Source: a virus
Direction: 5' to 3' (one strand)
Virus record (IMG/VR): IMGVR_UViG_3300045988_126140
Location: 69,599-133,598 of that record
Length of the DNA stretch: 64,000 nucleotides
The notes under the pieces are model-generated. The model made no database searches and was not told where the DNA came from. It saw only the letters and a program-made list of their open reading frames with translations. The translations under genes were made by a program, and so were the position numbers. Shown here one piece after another: positions 61,671-64,000 of the stretch (its first letter is position 1; the number at the start of each line of letters is the position of its first letter).

Positions 61671-62369
61671 ATGAATGAATTAATGTTATTTGATTTTGAA
61701 GGGAATAAAGTAGATATTATAATAAATGATAATGGAGAACCTTTATTTGAAATATATAGTACTGGTATGGCATTAGGGCATGTGAAATATAATTCTATTG
61801 GTAAAGCTTACCCAAGAAAAGAAAGAATAGATAAAGATATTAGAAATGCAGAAATTAAAGTTTGTGTCCAAGCTGGACACAATTATATAACAGAAGAACA
61901 ACTTTATGATTTTATGTTAGAATGTAAAACTGAGAAGTGTAAACCATTTAGAAGATGGGTAACTCATGAAGTATTACCATCATTAAGAAAGACAGGTAAA
62001 TATGAAATACAAACGGATAGTGAATTACCTCAATTACTCAATGATATGACACAATTAGTTGAAGATATGAAATATAGAATTGAAAAACAAAATAAACAAA
62101 TCAATGAACAAAATAAACAAATAGAAGAAATAAAACATTTAGTTGGTATAAGAGCAAAAGATGTATTTGATTACGGTAAAATAATTAAAGAACATTTAGG
62201 TATTAGTAAAGTTAATAAAGATTATAATATTATAAAAGAAATGTTTTTCTATGAAGTCGGAGTATCTAAATGGGAAGATTTAAATTATTCCAGAAATAAC
62301 GTGAAATTATTAATTGATATTTGTAATGATTACAAGCCAAGTATTCAAATCAATATGTTTGAGGATTAA
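61671..62369 (+). CDS. BRO-N-family antirepressor-like protein
   Basis: ..CKPFRRWVTHEVLPSLRKTGKYE.. is the Bro-N signature. Coiled-coil centre. Confidence 0.65.
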   Translation: MNELMLFDFEGNKVDIIINDNGEPLFEIYSTGMALGHVKYNSIGKAYPRKERIDKDIRNAEIKVCVQAGHNYITEEQLYDFMLECKTEKCKPFRRWVTHEVLPSLRKTGKYEIQTDSELPQLLNDMTQLVEDMKYRIEKQNKQINEQNKQIEEIKHLVGIRAKDVFDYGKIIKEHLGISKVNKDYNIIKEMFFYEVGVSKWEDLNYSRNNVKLLIDICNDYKPSIQINMFED

Positions 62370-62539
62370 TTACTCCTTTAACTAATGCAGAACCCCTTAA
62401 ACAAGCATTTACAAGATATTTTGGATATTTCAATAAGAGTAGAGACCAGCTTATATAAATAAAAATTTTACAATATTTGTGAAGATATGTAACATATTTT
62501 TTGTAAATACATAATATATATTAAAAAGGGGTTGATATT

Positions 62540-63445
62540 ATGAATAAAAATACAAGTGTAGCGATAGATATAGGCAATATCACATCTATTGGTGTGTCAA
62601 ATGAAAAAGAAGTTGTTATCGAATCAAGAATTAAAGAGCTTGAAGTAGGTATAGATGACTTTAACCTAAATGAAAATTTTGAATGTGATGGAATTAAATA
62701 TATATCTAACAGTGGTAAATTTGAAAATGATTTATTGAAGTTTAATAAAGAAAACTATCTTCCATTATTATATTATTCAATATCTAAATCAACAGAATCT
62801 AATTTAATTAATTTAATAACTGCTATACCTGCTAGTCAATATAAGAAAAAGGAAGAAATGAAAAACTTTATAGAAAAAAATAATAAGAAAACTTTAATTG
62901 TAGACGGAAAATTAAGAACAATAACGATTAACAGAGTGGAAATATTACCAGAATCATATGCGATTAAAACAATAAAATCTTTAATGAACAAAATAAATAG
63001 AAATACTGATACAATAGTGGTTGATATTGGTGGTGGAACTGTCGATATATCAAATTTTGATAACAATATGAATCTTAAAAATGCAAATTCTATAGCAATG
63101 GGCTTGATAAACATATATCAAAATACTAGAGAATATTTAAATATAACTTATGATTTAAATATGAGCTTAGAAGAAGCTAAAAGAATATTTGATGGAGAAC
63201 AACAATTATTAAATGGTAAATCTGATTATAAACCAGAAATAGTGAAACGATTTATAAGAGCTTTAGTGAATGAAATAAGAGGTTTATATCCTAATTTAAA
63301 AAACAGTAACATAATTCTTGTAGGTGGTGGTAGTAATATATTATATCCCACTTTTTCTAAATTATATCCACAAACGATAATGAACGATGAGGTTAAACTT
63401 CAATGTCAAGGGTTGTTTAATATAGCAGAAAAATTATTTAAATAA
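62540..63445 (+). CDS. parM: ParM/StbA-like actin-type plasmid segregation ATPase
   Basis: Actin-fold phosphate motifs AIDIGNITSIG, VVDIGGGTVDIS and ILVGGGS. 301 aa. Confidence 0.7.
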   Translation: MNKNTSVAIDIGNITSIGVSNEKEVVIESRIKELEVGIDDFNLNENFECDGIKYISNSGKFENDLLKFNKENYLPLLYYSISKSTESNLINLITAIPASQYKKKEEMKNFIEKNNKKTLIVDGKLRTITINRVEILPESYAIKTIKSLMNKINRNTDTIVVDIGGGTVDISNFDNNMNLKNANSIAMGLINIYQNTREYLNITYDLNMSLEEAKRIFDGEQQLLNGKSDYKPEIVKRFIRALVNEIRGLYPNLKNSNIILVGGGSNILYPTFSKLYPQTIMNDEVKLQCQGLFNIAEKLFK

Positions 63446-63458
63446 GTAGGTGATAATC

Positions 63459-63707
63459 ATGGCAAAGACGATTAGAGAGGTTAGGTTAACTTTTAATGAA
63501 AAAGATAAAGATATATCTGAATGGTTAAAAGGAAAATCAAGTCAAACAGCTTATATTAAAGACATTCTTCGATTACACATGCAGATTGAACAGTCGTATT
63601 TAGCTAATAGTGTAAATGTAGAGCAAAGTGTTTCACGTGAAACTGTAAAGGTGGAAGAAAAGAAACAAGATGAGTTTGACTTCTCATTAGATGATTTGGG
63701 CTTATAA
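63459..63707 (+). CDS. parR: ParR-like (ribbon-helix-helix) adaptor, putative
   Basis: 82 aa. N-terminal beta-strand/helix pattern AKTIREVRLTFNEKDKDISEWLK. Immediately downstream of parM. ATG 63459. Confidence 0.45.
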   Translation: MAKTIREVRLTFNEKDKDISEWLKGKSSQTAYIKDILRLHMQIEQSYLANSVNVEQSVSRETVKVEEKKQDEFDFSLDDLGL

Positions 63708-63765
63708 AGAGGGGTTAATTTCCCCTCTAATTTTTTAAAGGAGATTTAAATAATAAAATAATAAT

Positions 63766-63805
63766 CATAGGTAATTTTTATAAAGTTTATGTTAATACAG
63801 TAATA
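63766..63805 (+). promoter_or_regulatory. class-2 bipartite promoter-like element (copy h)
   Basis: CATAGGTAATTTTT-N9-ATGTTAATAC, register 63766 to 63789 = 23 nt, then SD and ATG 63822. Confidence 0.55.
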
Positions 63806-63821
63806 TAAGGAGGTAGATAAT

Positions 63822-64000
63822 ATGGTAGCTAAAATAGATAGGACAGGAGAAGAGAGTATAAATAATTTTGGTAGTAAAATTGTTATTGTTAATTATAGAA
63901 AATACTCTGATATTGATGTATACTTTCCAGAGTACAATTGGACCTTTAAAAATGCACATTATAGTAGTTTTAAAAAAGGAAATATTAAATGCCCTTATGA
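63822..64000 (+). CDS. HNH_3-like/AP2-like homing-endonuclease-family protein, paralog 6 of 6 (5' part; runs off window)
   Basis: MVAKIDRTGEESINNFGSKIVIVNY..DVYFPEYNWTFKNAHYSSFKKGNIKCPY matches the N-terminus of the other five. Confidence 0.55.
   Translation, partial: MVAKIDRTGEESINNFGSKIVIVNYRKYSDIDVYFPEYNWTFKNAHYSSFKKGNIKCPY

Noticed and set aside
37743-63114. Minus-strand ORFs (and one plus-strand ORF) in the rightward arm: 37743..37964, 37996..38208, 38650..39015, 39677..39916, 41946..42152, 49901..50104, 50546..50983, 50811..51056, 50970..51158(+), 51336..51590, 55100..55291, 55379..55639, 59134..59439, 59501..59836, 60021..60251, 60545..60967, 62836..63114.
   Set aside because: All are antisense to, or frame-shifted within, genes that have promoters and SDs. 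Several (38650, 59501) are simply the complement of in-frame repeats. 39677..39916 mirrors a plus-strand ORF that has a clear SD, whereas it has none.
1-64000. tRNA, rRNA, tmRNA or CRISPR loci.
   Set aside because: The only GC-richer, helix-prone stretches are the two intron-like inserts, the tnpB 3' tail and short terminators. None shows a cloverleaf-sized structure or tRNA-like conserved boxes on reading by eye. A tRNAscan or Infernal run would be needed to exclude them formally.

Overview
AT-rich, Clostridium-like Firmicute DNA, read by eye only with no searches run. It looks like a temperate siphovirus-type phage that also carries plasmid functions, so it is most likely a phage-plasmid. 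The plasmid functions are a Rep_3-like initiator with iterons, a ParM/ParR-like pair, a Xer-like recombinase, an FtsK-like/Replic_Relax pair and a DnaA-box cluster.

Left arm (1-29.8 kb, transcribed leftward): terS, terL, portal, S8 subtilase, scaffold, capsid, connector genes, major tail, a tail-fibre block, chaperones and tape measure. A regulatory/membrane module lies upstream of these.

Middle (30-35.8 kb): rep with iterons, the FtsK-like module and a 2.2 kb ORF-free repeat hub.

Right arm (35.8-64 kb, transcribed rightward): about 45 small genes arranged almost as one near-consensus sigma-A promoter per gene. They include:
- a Dam-like methyltransferase
- two J-domain proteins
- antirepressors
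- two paralogous small sigma factors
- a pentapeptide-repeat protein
- six paralogs of an HNH_3/AP2-like homing-endonuclease family

Main non-standard signals:
1. A strictly transcription-oriented 15-mer, AAAATAATTAATAAA, with at least 37 exact copies. It sits at gene junctions and often supplies the stop codon.
2. Covarying hairpins that embed stop codons and are followed by AGCTC.
3. A second bipartite promoter class with 8 copies in a fixed 23-nt register.
4. terL is split by a roughly 1.4 kb intron-like insert carrying a nuclease ORF. The capsid gene is split by a roughly 0.36 kb ORF-less structured insert.
5. A TnpB (IS605-family) insertion lies in the tail module.
6. A tail-fibre block sits between the major tail gene and the chaperone/tape-measure genes.

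I recognised no rRNA, tRNA or CRISPR array.
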